64,000 nucleotides of DNA from a virus. The DNA is taken from the IMG/VR virus record IMGVR_UViG_3300042891_001180; one strand, 5' to 3'. Position 1 is the first letter of the stretch. The number at the start of each line of letters is the position of its first letter. Below, one piece after another: positions 17,870 to 27,196 of this stretch. The translations under genes were made by a program, and so were the position numbers. Below the pieces are notes generated by a model. The model worked only from the letters and a program-made list of their open reading frames with translations, was not told where the DNA came from and ran no database searches.

Positions 17870-19761
17870 ACTACTTCTGGGAAGTATTTTAAGAAGTTAA
17901 TTTTATCGGATTTGCGAGAAAGAACTTTGGATTTAATTTCATCGAAGAAATTCCATGCTAAAGGTACCACGCAAATCTCTCCTTCTTCACCAAATAAAGT
18001 ATCAGGGTGTAAGATTGGTATTTTTGAACCAGGGCTAAATTTATTATGCTTTAAATTATTATCATCAACTATATAATCTAAATTAAATTTTGAGAAGTTA
18101 AGGAATGTATTACCCTTAGCGGCAGCCCCGTACCCAATAACTTTAATACCTTGTTTTTGCAATGCTTCAACCATCGCTTTTGTTTCTTTAGCAATACGTA
18201 TACAGTTACTTGCATACTTAAGCATAGTACGGTAGGTAAGTGTTTGTTCTTCTGCAATAAACTTTTCAGATTGATCAGGTAAGTCTTTAGATAGTACAAA
18301 TACAAAACTTGTACCGTGGATAGGGGTACGAGTTACATCAATAACATTTAACCCTGCCCGATGAGCAAGTGCACAAAAGGACTTAACACTAAAGAATGAA
18401 ATATGCTCATGGTAAATAGTATCAAACTGATTATTTGCCACCATGTCTGCTTGTGATGTCTGAATAAAAATACAACCATTTGTATCCAATGCATCTTTAC
18501 ATGACTCTAAGAACTCTTTAGGGTATGAATTATGCGCAAACACGTTCTGTGCAGTAATAATATCGAACTTAATATCAAATTGTTCTGCAGACGTAAAGTA
18601 ATCACATACTATAGAATGATTCTTAGAGCTTGCAGGGTAAAGGTTTTCAGCTGGATCAATACCGTAAGTTGTAAATCCTTTTGCCTTATAAGAGTCTAAT
18701 TGCGTACCGTCGTTACACGCAATATCAAGCACCTTCTTACCTTCTGTATATTTACCAGTAAAGTCAACAAACCAGTCAAAATAGTCCTTGAGTGTTTTTG
18801 TGGTACCACTTACATACAGGTAGTGTTTAAATAACTTATCTGGATCTACAACATGGGTTAACTGAATATGCGTACAATCCATACAGTAATTAATACCTAA
18901 TGGGTAAATATGCTCTTCCTCGTCTGCTGAATCAAGGTAGCTGTTAGCTAAGGGTTGATTATTAAGGTTTAATATATCCTCTAGGTTAGTACCACCACAG
19001 CATAAACACTTATCTAGTTTTTTATAACTGTTATAGTCCAGTGATATAATTTCTTTTATCTCCGTCTTAGATGCTTCATTCCACCGCCTGTGGGAACCAG
19101 CAACATAATGTACCCCCATCATATCACCATCATTGTTCCTAAAATAACAGTTACCGTAATCAGTAGCATCTGTCTTCCAGTTTTCCGAAAGAATATTATT
19201 CTCAAATATATGCTTACGAATTCTGTATCCTACTTCTACATAACCACTAGGACGATTTTCATCTAATTCTTTTTCAGTAATGATCCAGGAATGAGATTTA
19301 GCTAATTCAGCATCATAGTACGCACCAAAACAAGCCGGTATGTTTTCAAATGCTTCTGGTTTTTTAGCTACCCAATTTTTAGTATCTTTACCATCGTTAT
19401 ATTCTGTACCGATTGCTTTATAACCCTGACTAAACTTTTTATAAACATAATCATGAATATTTTTATTAAGAATAAAATAATCAGAGTCAATAATACCGAC
19501 GATATCGGACTGCACGTATTTTAGCCCTTCGTTAATAGCTTTACCATGCGACAATCCATCAAATGTAGGGATACTCTCACACAGTACAAAGTTATCAATA
19601 ATTGGATCTCTACTAGCCTCACTAATACGCTTTTCACTATCAGGTGTATTATCTACTACGATAAGTCGATAATCTTTATTAGGGAAAAGACGTTTAAAGT
19701 TCTCTACCTGTAGATCTAGCAGGTCATAATTTTTATATATGACAATAATGTAATCAATCAT
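17854..19761 (-). CDS. GT2-like domain fused to an NDP-sugar C-methyltransferase
   Basis: N-terminal VVDN and IIDSD; CLCC, QPLAN, CMDC zinc module; DIACNDG; QNVFAH; FDTIYHEH; GYGAAAKGNT. Confidence 0.85.
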   Translation of the reverse strand: MIDYIIVIYKNYDLLDLQVENFKRLFPNKDYRLIVVDNTPDSEKRISEASRDPIIDNFVLCESIPTFDGLSHGKAINEGLKYVQSDIVGIIDSDYFILNKNIHDYVYKKFSQGYKAIGTEYNDGKDTKNWVAKKPEAFENIPACFGAYYDAELAKSHSWIITEKELDENRPSGYVEVGYRIRKHIFENNILSENWKTDATDYGNCYFRNNDGDMMGVHYVAGSHRRWNEASKTEIKEIISLDYNSYKKLDKCLCCGGTNLEDILNLNNQPLANSYLDSADEEEHIYPLGINYCMDCTHIQLTHVVDPDKLFKHYLYVSGTTKTLKDYFDWFVDFTGKYTEGKKVLDIACNDGTQLDSYKAKGFTTYGIDPAENLYPASSKNHSIVCDYFTSAEQFDIKFDIITAQNVFAHNSYPKEFLESCKDALDTNGCIFIQTSQADMVANNQFDTIYHEHISFFSVKSFCALAHRAGLNVIDVTRTPIHGTSFVFVLSKDLPDQSEKFIAEEQTLTYRTMLKYASNCIRIAKETKAMVEALQKQGIKVIGYGAAAKGNTFLNFSKFNLDYIVDDNNLKHNKFSPGSKIPILHPDTLFGEEGEICVVPLAWNFFDEIKSKVLSRKSDKINFLKYFPEVVCTRQ

Positions 19762-20638
19762 ATTGGAAGTATTCGTTTCTAATTACTATTTCGGGGTTTT
19801 TATTTTTATAGCATTCAATTACATTCTCAACTACTGAATGTAAATTATCTTCATAGGTAAAATTACCAAGAACTTTAAATTTTGTATTATCTATTGCAAA
19901 GTTATATGCCCCAGGTACATCACCGTTATCAGTAATATCAACTTTTGTATAATCGCTAACAATATTTGCAATACTTTCTACAGTTGAATTAAAAGATGCT
20001 AAATTAAAAATATTCGATGCAGCTTTACTTTTAATCATCGTTTCAACAGCTCTCGAAAGATCGCGAACTGATAATATAGGTCTCTTAATATGCTTATTTG
20101 TAATCGTAATATGTTTCTCAAAGAGAGCAGTATATACCATTGAGTTGATCATAAGATCACGTCGTATAACCGGTGAACCACCGTTAACAGTACCAAACCG
20201 TAGACCTATAATGTTTCTACCTTCACCAATATACTTCATTGCGAGTAGATCAAGACTTACCTTAGTAAGATCATAGTTATTAACATAATCAATGCTAATA
20301 TCTTCTTCTGTATAAAGAGGTTTCGTATTTTTATCCCCGTACACAGAAGCACTACTTGCATATATGATAGTTTGTCGATTATCAGTCTTTTCAACTAAGT
20401 TCTTAAAATTACGAACATTATTTTTCCAAGGTGATTCAAGCGGGCCTTTACACCGTAGCACGCTTGAGTGGCCAGCTAACAAAACAATGTGGGTAAAAGA
20501 ACTTAAAAATATTCTTCCAAGAAGATTGTAATCCAACAGTCTGTTACCAACTGTTTGAACATCTATTCCTTGTTTGAATAGATGATTGAATAGGTATGAA
20601 CCAACATATCCTTCACCACCAATAATTAAAACTTTCAT
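19754..20638 (-). CDS. NAD-dependent epimerase/dehydratase
   Basis: GGEGYVG, YASSASVYG, YDLTK, LRFGTV. Confidence 0.88.
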   Translation of the reverse strand: MKVLIIGGEGYVGSYLFNHLFKQGIDVQTVGNRLLDYNLLGRIFLSSFTHIVLLAGHSSVLRCKGPLESPWKNNVRNFKNLVEKTDNRQTIIYASSASVYGDKNTKPLYTEEDISIDYVNNYDLTKVSLDLLAMKYIGEGRNIIGLRFGTVNGGSPVIRRDLMINSMVYTALFEKHITITNKHIKRPILSVRDLSRAVETMIKSKAASNIFNLASFNSTVESIANIVSDYTKVDITDNGDVPGAYNFAIDNTKFKVLGNFTYEDNLHSVVENVIECYKNKNPEIVIRNEYFQYD

Positions 20639-21714
20639 ACACCGGTATAATCGTTAAGTACTCTAATAATATGCTCTTGTTCCAACATAGTGATCCAGAA
20701 GCCGTTAGGAATACAAATTTGTGTATCTGTAAACGCTGTTACACCAGGTAAGTCACCTTCACGGAATTGAGTAATACTACTATACATATCATTTCTAAAA
20801 TGTACGGGGCTTGAAGCAATACCATTATCAGTTAAGTACTTGGTAAAGTGATCTTTAAGACCTGCTTTAACATGCATACTAAACAACCAGTAAGAACAAT
20901 TAGGGTCCCATTCAGGTAAGGTCAATAACGGGTTTTTAACCTTGTTAATATATTCTCTAGAATTTCTTCTGCTACAAGTTACAGAGTATTCTGCCTTACT
21001 AATATTAGACATACCAATAGCTGCATTAATATCATTCATGTGGTACTTAAAACCAACCTTAGTAATGTCTTGGGTACATCTGAACGACTCATTCTTAGTT
21101 CTATCTAAACCATACCAACGGAGTGTACGGGCTTCGATCTCTGTCTCAGGAGGACACACTAAAATACCACCATCACCTGTAGTTAAGAATTTAATCGCCT
21201 GAAAACTGTAACAAATATAATCTCCACGCTCTACAATATCAGTTGCATGTACGTCCCAGCAATGAGCAGCATCCTCAATAACAGGTACCCCTGTTGCTTT
21301 GAGGGCTTTATAATCACAAAATTTACCGGCCCAGTTGACAGCTAGGATAGCTTTCGTTTTAGAGTTGACTAATTTTTTTACCGACTCAGGATCAATTAAA
21401 CCTGTTAGCGGATTAATATCAGCCCAGCGGATTCTTGCACCTCGATGTATCGCACCAACGTTAGAGGCAAAGCAAGTCTGAGGAGTTGCAATAACTTCGT
21501 CACCAGGCTTAATACCGATGATATCTAGAGATAGGTCAATAGCAGCAGTACAAGAATTAACTGTCACCGGTCTTGTCTTACTACCTAATACTTTCCACAA
21601 CTCATCCTCAAACTCTTCAACAACTGGCCCTTGACCAATAAAACCTGACTTCAAAACTTCTGTAACTTTGTCTGTTGCGTAATCAGACATTCCTACCTTA
21701 AATAACGGAATCAT
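20635..21714 (-). CDS. DegT/DnrJ/EryC1/StrS sugar aminotransferase
   Basis: NSCTAA, IEDAAH, SFQAIKFLTTGDGG (PLP lysine), GFKYHM. Confidence 0.92.
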   Translation of the reverse strand: MIPLFKVGMSDYATDKVTEVLKSGFIGQGPVVEEFEDELWKVLGSKTRPVTVNSCTAAIDLSLDIIGIKPGDEVIATPQTCFASNVGAIHRGARIRWADINPLTGLIDPESVKKLVNSKTKAILAVNWAGKFCDYKALKATGVPVIEDAAHCWDVHATDIVERGDYICYSFQAIKFLTTGDGGILVCPPETEIEARTLRWYGLDRTKNESFRCTQDITKVGFKYHMNDINAAIGMSNISKAEYSVTCSRRNSREYINKVKNPLLTLPEWDPNCSYWLFSMHVKAGLKDHFTKYLTDNGIASSPVHFRNDMYSSITQFREGDLPGVTAFTDTQICIPNGFWITMLEQEHIIRVLNDYTGV

Positions 21715-22162
21715 ATTGATACTCCATAAAAAATAATTTTTCGTTCTCACCTGTCGCTTTAAAGTTCAGGCCTTCGTAAGTTTTATATGCACGTGTATTG
21801 GTCTTAAGTACTTCAAGCCGAATCGGTAATGACTTGTGACATTGGTCGACAAGAAACTTAAAAATAACTTTTCCTAATCCCTTATCTCTATACTCAGGTA
21901 CTAGACCACCAGTTAAGAGAAACTCATCTTCATTTTTATGAACAACACCAAAACCAGCATCGACAATACACACACCATGTTCGATAGCATATGCAATATA
22001 AAGGTCGTATTTACGGAACGCAGTTTTAAACCACTCTTCTTGCTGCTCTGGAGTAATATAGTCTGTACTCCGCGTCATGTACTCACGACACTTATTACGT
22101 ATAGTACGAAGGATCTCTGCCTCAGCAGGTGTCGTAACTCTTTTAAAAACTATTTGTGTCAT
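21698..22162 (-). CDS. GNAT N-acetyltransferase
   Basis: PEYRDKGLG motif A; LEVLKTNTRAYKTYEGLNF. Confidence 0.82.
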   Translation of the reverse strand: MTQIVFKRVTTPAEAEILRTIRNKCREYMTRSTDYITPEQQEEWFKTAFRKYDLYIAYAIEHGVCIVDAGFGVVHKNEDEFLLTGGLVPEYRDKGLGKVIFKFLVDQCHKSLPIRLEVLKTNTRAYKTYEGLNFKATGENEKLFFMEYQYDSVI

Positions 22163-23109
22163 ATAAACACCTCTTTAAATTTATTCATTACAGGTACTGG
22201 TTTAAATTGCTCTACCCTCTTAGTCCAGTCTTGCTTAAACTCTGATAGGTTATGGAGCATGTAGTTAAGATGGCTTGCATCATTATATAATAGACCACTA
22301 CCTTTTAACATATCTAAATGGTTTAAATCATGACCATTATTCCAGGCAAGGACCGGTTTATTAAGAGATAAGAACTCAGCGATCGATAGACCGAAACTCT
22401 CCCCCCTCTCCCTTGCATGTAACATTGCATCACAAGTATTAATAAAGTCTGCTTTACGTTGAACGTCATGAATTTCGTTAATGAACTTCACATTAGGGTG
22501 AGATACGAAAGGTTCGGTACCCATCATAAGAAAAACAAACGTATCATTATCTTGAACTAGCTTAGTAATATAGTCTTTTACAAATTTAATATCAAAGGTA
22601 AAATAACCACCAAGTCGACCAATAATAATTTGATCAGGTCTAATACCTAATGCTTCTCTATAGTCTTTTTTAGGTTCAGGTAAATCTACAATATGCGGAA
22701 CAAACGGTAACTTACCGTCTGACATTTTATTAGATAACCATTCAGAGATATATGCGTACCGATCACCATGCGGTTCATAATGCTGAAATACTGAATGAAT
22801 AGCCGTCCTGGTATTAGTTACCAGATCACCTTCCTTATGACCGGCTCTGATAAAGTAAGCCATATCGACTTTTTCTTTATCTATTAATTTTTGTAATTGA
22901 CCTTCTTTATAGCATTCGATCTTGAATCGTTGTTTAAGGTTATGTAGTACAACGGCCTCAGTCCCCATGTCTTTTTCATACCCTAGACTCTCATTATAAA
23001 CAATTACGCTTTCATTACCTAAGACTTCTTGATTGTATCTTGCATAGTCGGTAACAGCAACCGTAGTACCCCGAAAGTTTAATGTATTAGCGTGAAATAA
23101 TATCTTCAT
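22159..23109 (-). CDS. GT-B glycosyltransferase (GT4-like)
   Basis: RGTTVA, GRLGG, GESFGLSIAE. Confidence 0.82.
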   Translation of the reverse strand: MKILFHANTLNFRGTTVAVTDYARYNQEVLGNESVIVYNESLGYEKDMGTEAVVLHNLKQRFKIECYKEGQLQKLIDKEKVDMAYFIRAGHKEGDLVTNTRTAIHSVFQHYEPHGDRYAYISEWLSNKMSDGKLPFVPHIVDLPEPKKDYREALGIRPDQIIIGRLGGYFTFDIKFVKDYITKLVQDNDTFVFLMMGTEPFVSHPNVKFINEIHDVQRKADFINTCDAMLHARERGESFGLSIAEFLSLNKPVLAWNNGHDLNHLDMLKGSGLLYNDASHLNYMLHNLSEFKQDWTKRVEQFKPVPVMNKFKEVFI

Positions 23110-23771
23110 AGTTTAAATGTAGTAGCAGAAGTAAAGAACTCAGTTGTAAATTCGTCTCTAGTAACCTGATTGCAACGTTTAACAAACATCTCGATGTTCT
23201 CTGCCATTCGTGATTGATACAGATGATAAATTGAATTATCAAATACAGTACCTATACCATAATAGCCAAGATTACTTAAAGGCCAGATTCCTTCCGAAGA
23301 AGGCTTTTCAAAATATGTAGGCATCAGTGTACGATACTTCATACCCTTTTCTTCAGCCATATAACATATTTCTTCAGCTGTATCTGACCGACGTGTTTCT
23401 GTAAATGACGGGCGGCCTAGCTTATCATATGCTTTCTTAGAGATTGCATAGAAGCCGGGAGCGGCGTAGATATGAGATTTAGGGGGGATATGATTTGAGA
23501 CTTGAGCAATGCCAACGAACGTCTCATTCCTATTTGCATACTTAATATACTCTAAGTAGCTCTTATTAAGAGGTATACAATCGGGTTCCATAAACACTAT
23601 AACATCACTCGATGAATTATTAATTACCCATTGCATCCACATACCATGATTATGACCATCACGGTTATCATAATTCATTGGAATCTTGAAATAATCCATA
23701 ACCCGCTGATGGGCCGACAGCATATCTTTGTCTACGTTATTCCAATGTAACGAATTAAATTCAATTTTCAT
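23106..23771 (-). CDS. Putative GT-A fold protein
   Basis: IVFMEPDCIP (DxD-like); first gene of the sugar cluster. Confidence 0.55.
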   Translation of the reverse strand: MKIEFNSLHWNNVDKDMLSAHQRVMDYFKIPMNYDNRDGHNHGMWMQWVINNSSSDVIVFMEPDCIPLNKSYLEYIKYANRNETFVGIAQVSNHIPPKSHIYAAPGFYAISKKAYDKLGRPSFTETRRSDTAEEICYMAEEKGMKYRTLMPTYFEKPSSEGIWPLSNLGYYGIGTVFDNSIYHLYQSRMAENIEMFVKRCNQVTRDEFTTEFFTSATTFKL

Positions 23772-23800
23772 ATCATACTCCTATCTTATAATTATAATAT

Positions 23801-23833
23801 AAACAAAACAAAACCGCCATGGCGGTTTATTTA
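23801..23833. terminator. Hairpin terminator, possibly bidirectional
   Basis: AAACCGCC-AT-GGCGGTTT palindrome flanked by A/T runs. Confidence 0.6.
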
Positions 23834-23845
23834 TTACCAAATAAA

Positions 23846-24580
23846 TTAAATACCACAGCTTTGCAAAATTGCACTTAAGGATATCCTAGGTGTAGTTGTA
23901 AATGTATCTAATTTCATAAATGCATTATGATATAATGCTCCTTCATATAAATTTAATTTGTTAAATTTTTGATGTGAAAGATGGTACATCTCCCAATCTT
24001 CATTATTAGTTATGGGTGCATATCTTGTAAGACTATCTAACTTACTTTTAAAAACAAAATCTCGATTATATCTGTAAATAGAATTATTCATAGGCATGTA
24101 TTCATTACCTGAATTTTTATTTCTATAAAAGGCTGTACCAGAGTCTTCCCCTATTTCACTATCATAATTAAGAAAAATGTTAGATGCAAATAAAGCAGGG
24201 TCAATGTGTGGAAAATTGGATACTCTTCTAATAGCTTCATTGCCATCTATACACTGATAAGTAAGTTTACTTATGGCGTCTTGAGTAAGACTATAATTAA
24301 ACGCTAGTTTGTAAGCCTTATTAAGAAATGTATTAAGATCATTTAATTTATACTTTAATTCAATTTGGTACCCGGGGAAAGAATTAATAGAATTAGTAAG
24401 ATTAATAGATTGTTCAGAAGCATATTGAATAGGAACAGCATTTAAGAAGTCACGAACTCGGTCGGGATATTTAAAAAAGTTTTCAACCTCTAACAGTCTA
24501 TTTTTTTCATTTCCAATTTCTAACAATGTAACCGTTAGTCTTTTATTAACTTCAAATATTGTTTTATCAAATTTTATCAT
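23846..24580 (-). CDS. 2OG-Fe(II) oxygenase-like protein (DUF6445-like)
   Basis: PHID, SGTAFY, FNKLNLYEGALYH, R. Confidence 0.7.
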   Translation of the reverse strand: MIKFDKTIFEVNKRLTVTLLEIGNEKNRLLEVENFFKYPDRVRDFLNAVPIQYASEQSINLTNSINSFPGYQIELKYKLNDLNTFLNKAYKLAFNYSLTQDAISKLTYQCIDGNEAIRRVSNFPHIDPALFASNIFLNYDSEIGEDSGTAFYRNKNSGNEYMPMNNSIYRYNRDFVFKSKLDSLTRYAPITNNEDWEMYHLSHQKFNKLNLYEGALYHNAFMKLDTFTTTPRISLSAILQSCGI

Positions 24581-24583
24581 AAA

Positions 24584-24835
24584 TTATTTTAAATCAAAAA
24601 AACTTCGTAATTCCTGTTTTGGAGGTAATCCTGTTATACGTCTTACTTCTTTATCATCATCAATAAGTATCATAGTAGGTAGTGCGGATATATTATATCT
24701 CGCAGCTAACTCTCTATTTGTGTCAACATTAATTTCTTCAACTGGATAAGTAATTTCAGATTTTATACAATGAATATTAAATGATAGCTTTTTACAAGGT
24801 TTACACCAATTTGCAAAAAATTTTAAAACTTTCAT
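24584..24835 (-). CDS. Thioredoxin
   Basis: FFANWCKPCK, ISALPT. Confidence 0.88.
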   Translation of the reverse strand: MKVLKFFANWCKPCKKLSFNIHCIKSEITYPVEEINVDTNRELAARYNISALPTMILIDDDKEVRRITGLPPKQELRSFFDLK

Positions 24836-24858
24836 AAACTTCCTTTATAATGATCTGT

Positions 24859-24874
24859 TATTTATTAATAAATA
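24859..24874. promoter_or_regulatory. Palindromic divergent late-promoter-like site
   Basis: TATTTATTAATAAATA gives TAATAAATA on both strands between the divergent thioredoxin and J-domain genes. Confidence 0.5.
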
Positions 24875-24895
24875 CCAGGTAACTATTATATAAAA

Positions 24896-25474
24896 ATGAA
24901 TCCTTATACCGAATTAGATGTGCCTGTTAATGCTTCGTTAGAAAATATTAAACAACGGTATAGAACACTTGCACAAATGCACCACCCCGATAAAGGTGGT
25001 GATGAAGAAGTATTTAAACGTATTAAACTTGCGTATGAAATATTAAGTGATCCTGTCAGAAGAAAGCAATACGATATTACGGGTGAGACTACAACTACAA
25101 ATGCTAAGGATGAAGCAGTAGCAAATATAGTTCAAATTCTGTTACATGTAGTACCAAACTTTAATGTTGATCAAGACGATCTAATTCTTATTGCTGAAAT
25201 GGAAACTAGAACCATGCTTGATCTTGTTCATAAAGATATAGGTGTTACTGAACGATATATTCTTAATCTTGAAAAAGTATTAAGTAAGTTAAGGATAAAA
25301 ACTGAAGGTGAAAATTTACTAAGTAGTTTTATTCTTAATCAAATTCAACAACGAAAGCAAGAACTTGAATCTTTTCAAAGAAGAATACAGATTTGTAATC
25401 TCATGTTAGAAATACTTAAAGATTATGAATATGGTTTACATAATTTAATATTTGAACCACCTGTACAAGAATAA
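24896..25474 (+). CDS. J-domain (DnaJ-like) protein
   Basis: NPY..L, HPDKGG, AYEILSDP..RKQYD. Confidence 0.88.
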   Translation: MNPYTELDVPVNASLENIKQRYRTLAQMHHPDKGGDEEVFKRIKLAYEILSDPVRRKQYDITGETTTTNAKDEAVANIVQILLHVVPNFNVDQDDLILIAEMETRTMLDLVHKDIGVTERYILNLEKVLSKLRIKTEGENLLSSFILNQIQQRKQELESFQRRIQICNLMLEILKDYEYGLHNLIFEPPVQE

Positions 25475-25475
25475 T

Positions 25476-25550
25476 TGGTCCGGCGACCAGGAATCGAACC
25501 TGGATTGATAGCTTAGAAGGCTACTGTTCTGTCCATTGAACTACCGCCAG
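25476..25550 (-). tRNA. tRNA-Arg(TCT)
   Basis: GTAGC-CT-TCT-AA-GCTAT; GGTTCGATTCC; CCA end. Confidence 0.92.
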
Positions 25551-25560
25551 CAAACTAGAA

Positions 25561-25632
25561 GCACTCTTGTTTGGATTCGAACCTTGTTCTAGTATTGTCT
25601 ATCTGCGCTTCCCACAGTGCTGACAAGAGTGC
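25561..25632 (-). ncRNA. tRNA-like structured RNA inside the tRNA array
   Basis: 10-bp closing stem GCACTCTTGT/ACAAGAGTGC; CTGTG-GGAAG-CGCAG hairpin; TAG-ACAATA-CTA; GG-TTCGAAT-CC T loop. Confidence 0.55.
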
Positions 25633-25643
25633 ATGATTATATA

Positions 25644-25717
25644 TGGAGCGGGGTAAGAGAATCGAACTCTCCGCATGAGCTTGGAAGGCTCAGGTATTAC
25701 CACTATACGAACCCCGC
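25644..25717 (-). tRNA. tRNA-Gly(TCC)
   Basis: TGAGC-CT-TCC-AA-GCTCA; GTTCGATTC; CCA end. Confidence 0.93.
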
Positions 25718-25725
25718 AATTAAAA

Positions 25726-25800
25726 TGGAAGAGCGTAGGAGAATCGAACTCCTCTTCTTAGGATGAAAACCTAATGTCCTAACCGATAGACGAACGCTCC
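25726..25800 (-). tRNA. tRNA-Glu(TTC)
   Basis: TTAGG-TT-TTC-AT-CCTAA; GTTCGATTC; CCA end. Confidence 0.9.
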
Positions 25801-25804
25801 AAAA

Positions 25805-25879
25805 TGGCGGTCCCAAGGAGTAACGATCTCCTTCTTCTAGCGTGACAAGCTAGCGTGCGTCCGTGAACACTTTGGAACC
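25805..25879 (-). tRNA. tRNA-Asp(GTC) with atypical T loop
   Basis: CTAGC-TT-GTC-AC-GCTAG; AGGAG-ATCGTTA-CTCCT; GCCA end. Confidence 0.85.
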
Positions 25880-25892
25880 TTATCTAATTAAA

Positions 25893-26867
25893 TCAAGCAG
25901 TTTCTGCATACTCAACGGCCAGGTCAAGGGCACGTTCTTTCTTTACACGATTCAGACCGTACCAAGCGGAAGTCAAACGACTATCGCGCGAACGACCCAT
26001 CTTATGATCGGTCATATAGGTAACGGCATTGAATGCCTGCCACCAACTACCTTCGGCAAAATTTGCACCAGGCTGGGTATGAACAATTGCCATCGCCTCC
26101 TCGGCCTGACGGCTGATAGGAAATGCAGTATTAGCACGTTTCATCTCATCCTTAGACATAGATGGGAATACACGATTAAAATACTCGACAATCGTTTCCT
26201 TATTATACTTCTTCTGCCCCAGGAACTGGGCCTGCTCTTTATAATGCGACAACTGATCTTTAGCAATACCCAAGGTCTCTTTTACAAGATCGCCATTGAA
26301 TACAGCACGGTGATTAATCTTAACGGCATGCTTTGCAGTACTTCCCAACGCCAGAGTCAAGGTATTGTTACATACAACTCGTACAGGCGTGAAACGAACA
26401 TCAATAGAGCGACCAAACTCGTGAGGATTAGAAAATAGTAAGTAACCTTCAACTTTATCTCCTCCAAACAGAGTAAACGAATCTTTAATCTGAGCCATAG
26501 CCCAGACCATCTTGCCTCCCTTAAGGGATCCGGCGGTATGCATCTCCATATCACCGGCATGAACGAAGTCATTAAAGAATTCGAATGCTTCCAGGTTCTG
26601 AACTGGGTTCCAATTATCAGAAACTACGGTCAATACCTTGTTATCGGTAGAACGTACCAGGGCCTGGGCCGAGGTCGGTACAGGACCACCTTCGGAATTG
26701 AAGAATAACTGCTTCTTACTGACAGTCCAGTCTAAGTTAGCGGCTTTCAGCATCTGCTGGGGCGAAACGTCGTTAGGAACCCGTTTACCCAGACCATGCC
26801 AGGGGGTTTCACCGACGAATGCCATGTTAGCTTCACCGTTTTTTTGAATTTCAAGTTCATGAGCCAT
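25893..26867 (-). CDS. DUF932 family phage/plasmid protein
   Basis: MAHE, PWHGLG, QN.EAF.FF, TAGSL.GG, TPVRVVCNNTL. Confidence 0.85.
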   Translation of the reverse strand: MAHELEIQKNGEANMAFVGETPWHGLGKRVPNDVSPQQMLKAANLDWTVSKKQLFFNSEGGPVPTSAQALVRSTDNKVLTVVSDNWNPVQNLEAFEFFNDFVHAGDMEMHTAGSLKGGKMVWAMAQIKDSFTLFGGDKVEGYLLFSNPHEFGRSIDVRFTPVRVVCNNTLTLALGSTAKHAVKINHRAVFNGDLVKETLGIAKDQLSHYKEQAQFLGQKKYNKETIVEYFNRVFPSMSKDEMKRANTAFPISRQAEEAMAIVHTQPGANFAEGSWWQAFNAVTYMTDHKMGRSRDSRLTSAWYGLNRVKKERALDLAVEYAETA

Positions 26868-26898
26868 GATATATTACCTTTTAAGTTAAGATGTACTA

Positions 26899-26934
26899 AT
26901 TATAACGCGGTTTTATGATAAAATCAACTGTTAC
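26899..26934 (-). promoter_or_regulatory. Sigma70-type promoter with upstream GTAAC element
   Basis: GTAAC-AG-TTGATT-N17-TATAAT. Confidence 0.7.
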
Positions 26935-27184
26935 TTTCAAAGATACGGGAAAATTTCTTTAATTTTTGACGTTTCTGGAAAATATTTTCAAATTTTTGAT
27001 CAATGGTACAATTTACTACCTGAAACTCGTACATAATTTCAATCATTGCCTGGAGATCACCAAGTTCCTTGACAAGAGCACTGTGATTTTCAGACATTCC
27101 AAATCTCTTTACCTTAGAAACAGCCTGAATCACCTCAGCACACTCCTCCTGGAGTATAGTCATAATCTCATCATTGCGGTTCAT
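26924..27184 (-). CDS. MazG-like nucleotide pyrophosphohydrolase
   Basis: LQEECAEVIQAVSK...ELGDL. Confidence 0.75.
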   Translation of the reverse strand: MNRNDEIMTILQEECAEVIQAVSKVKRFGMSENHSALVKELGDLQAMIEIMYEFQVVNCTIDQKFENIFQKRQKLKKFSRIFESNS

Positions 27185-27196
27185 ATTAATTTGCCT

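Noticed and set aside
25863-26438. 191-aa plus-strand ORF
   Set aside because: Antisense shadow of the DUF932 gene
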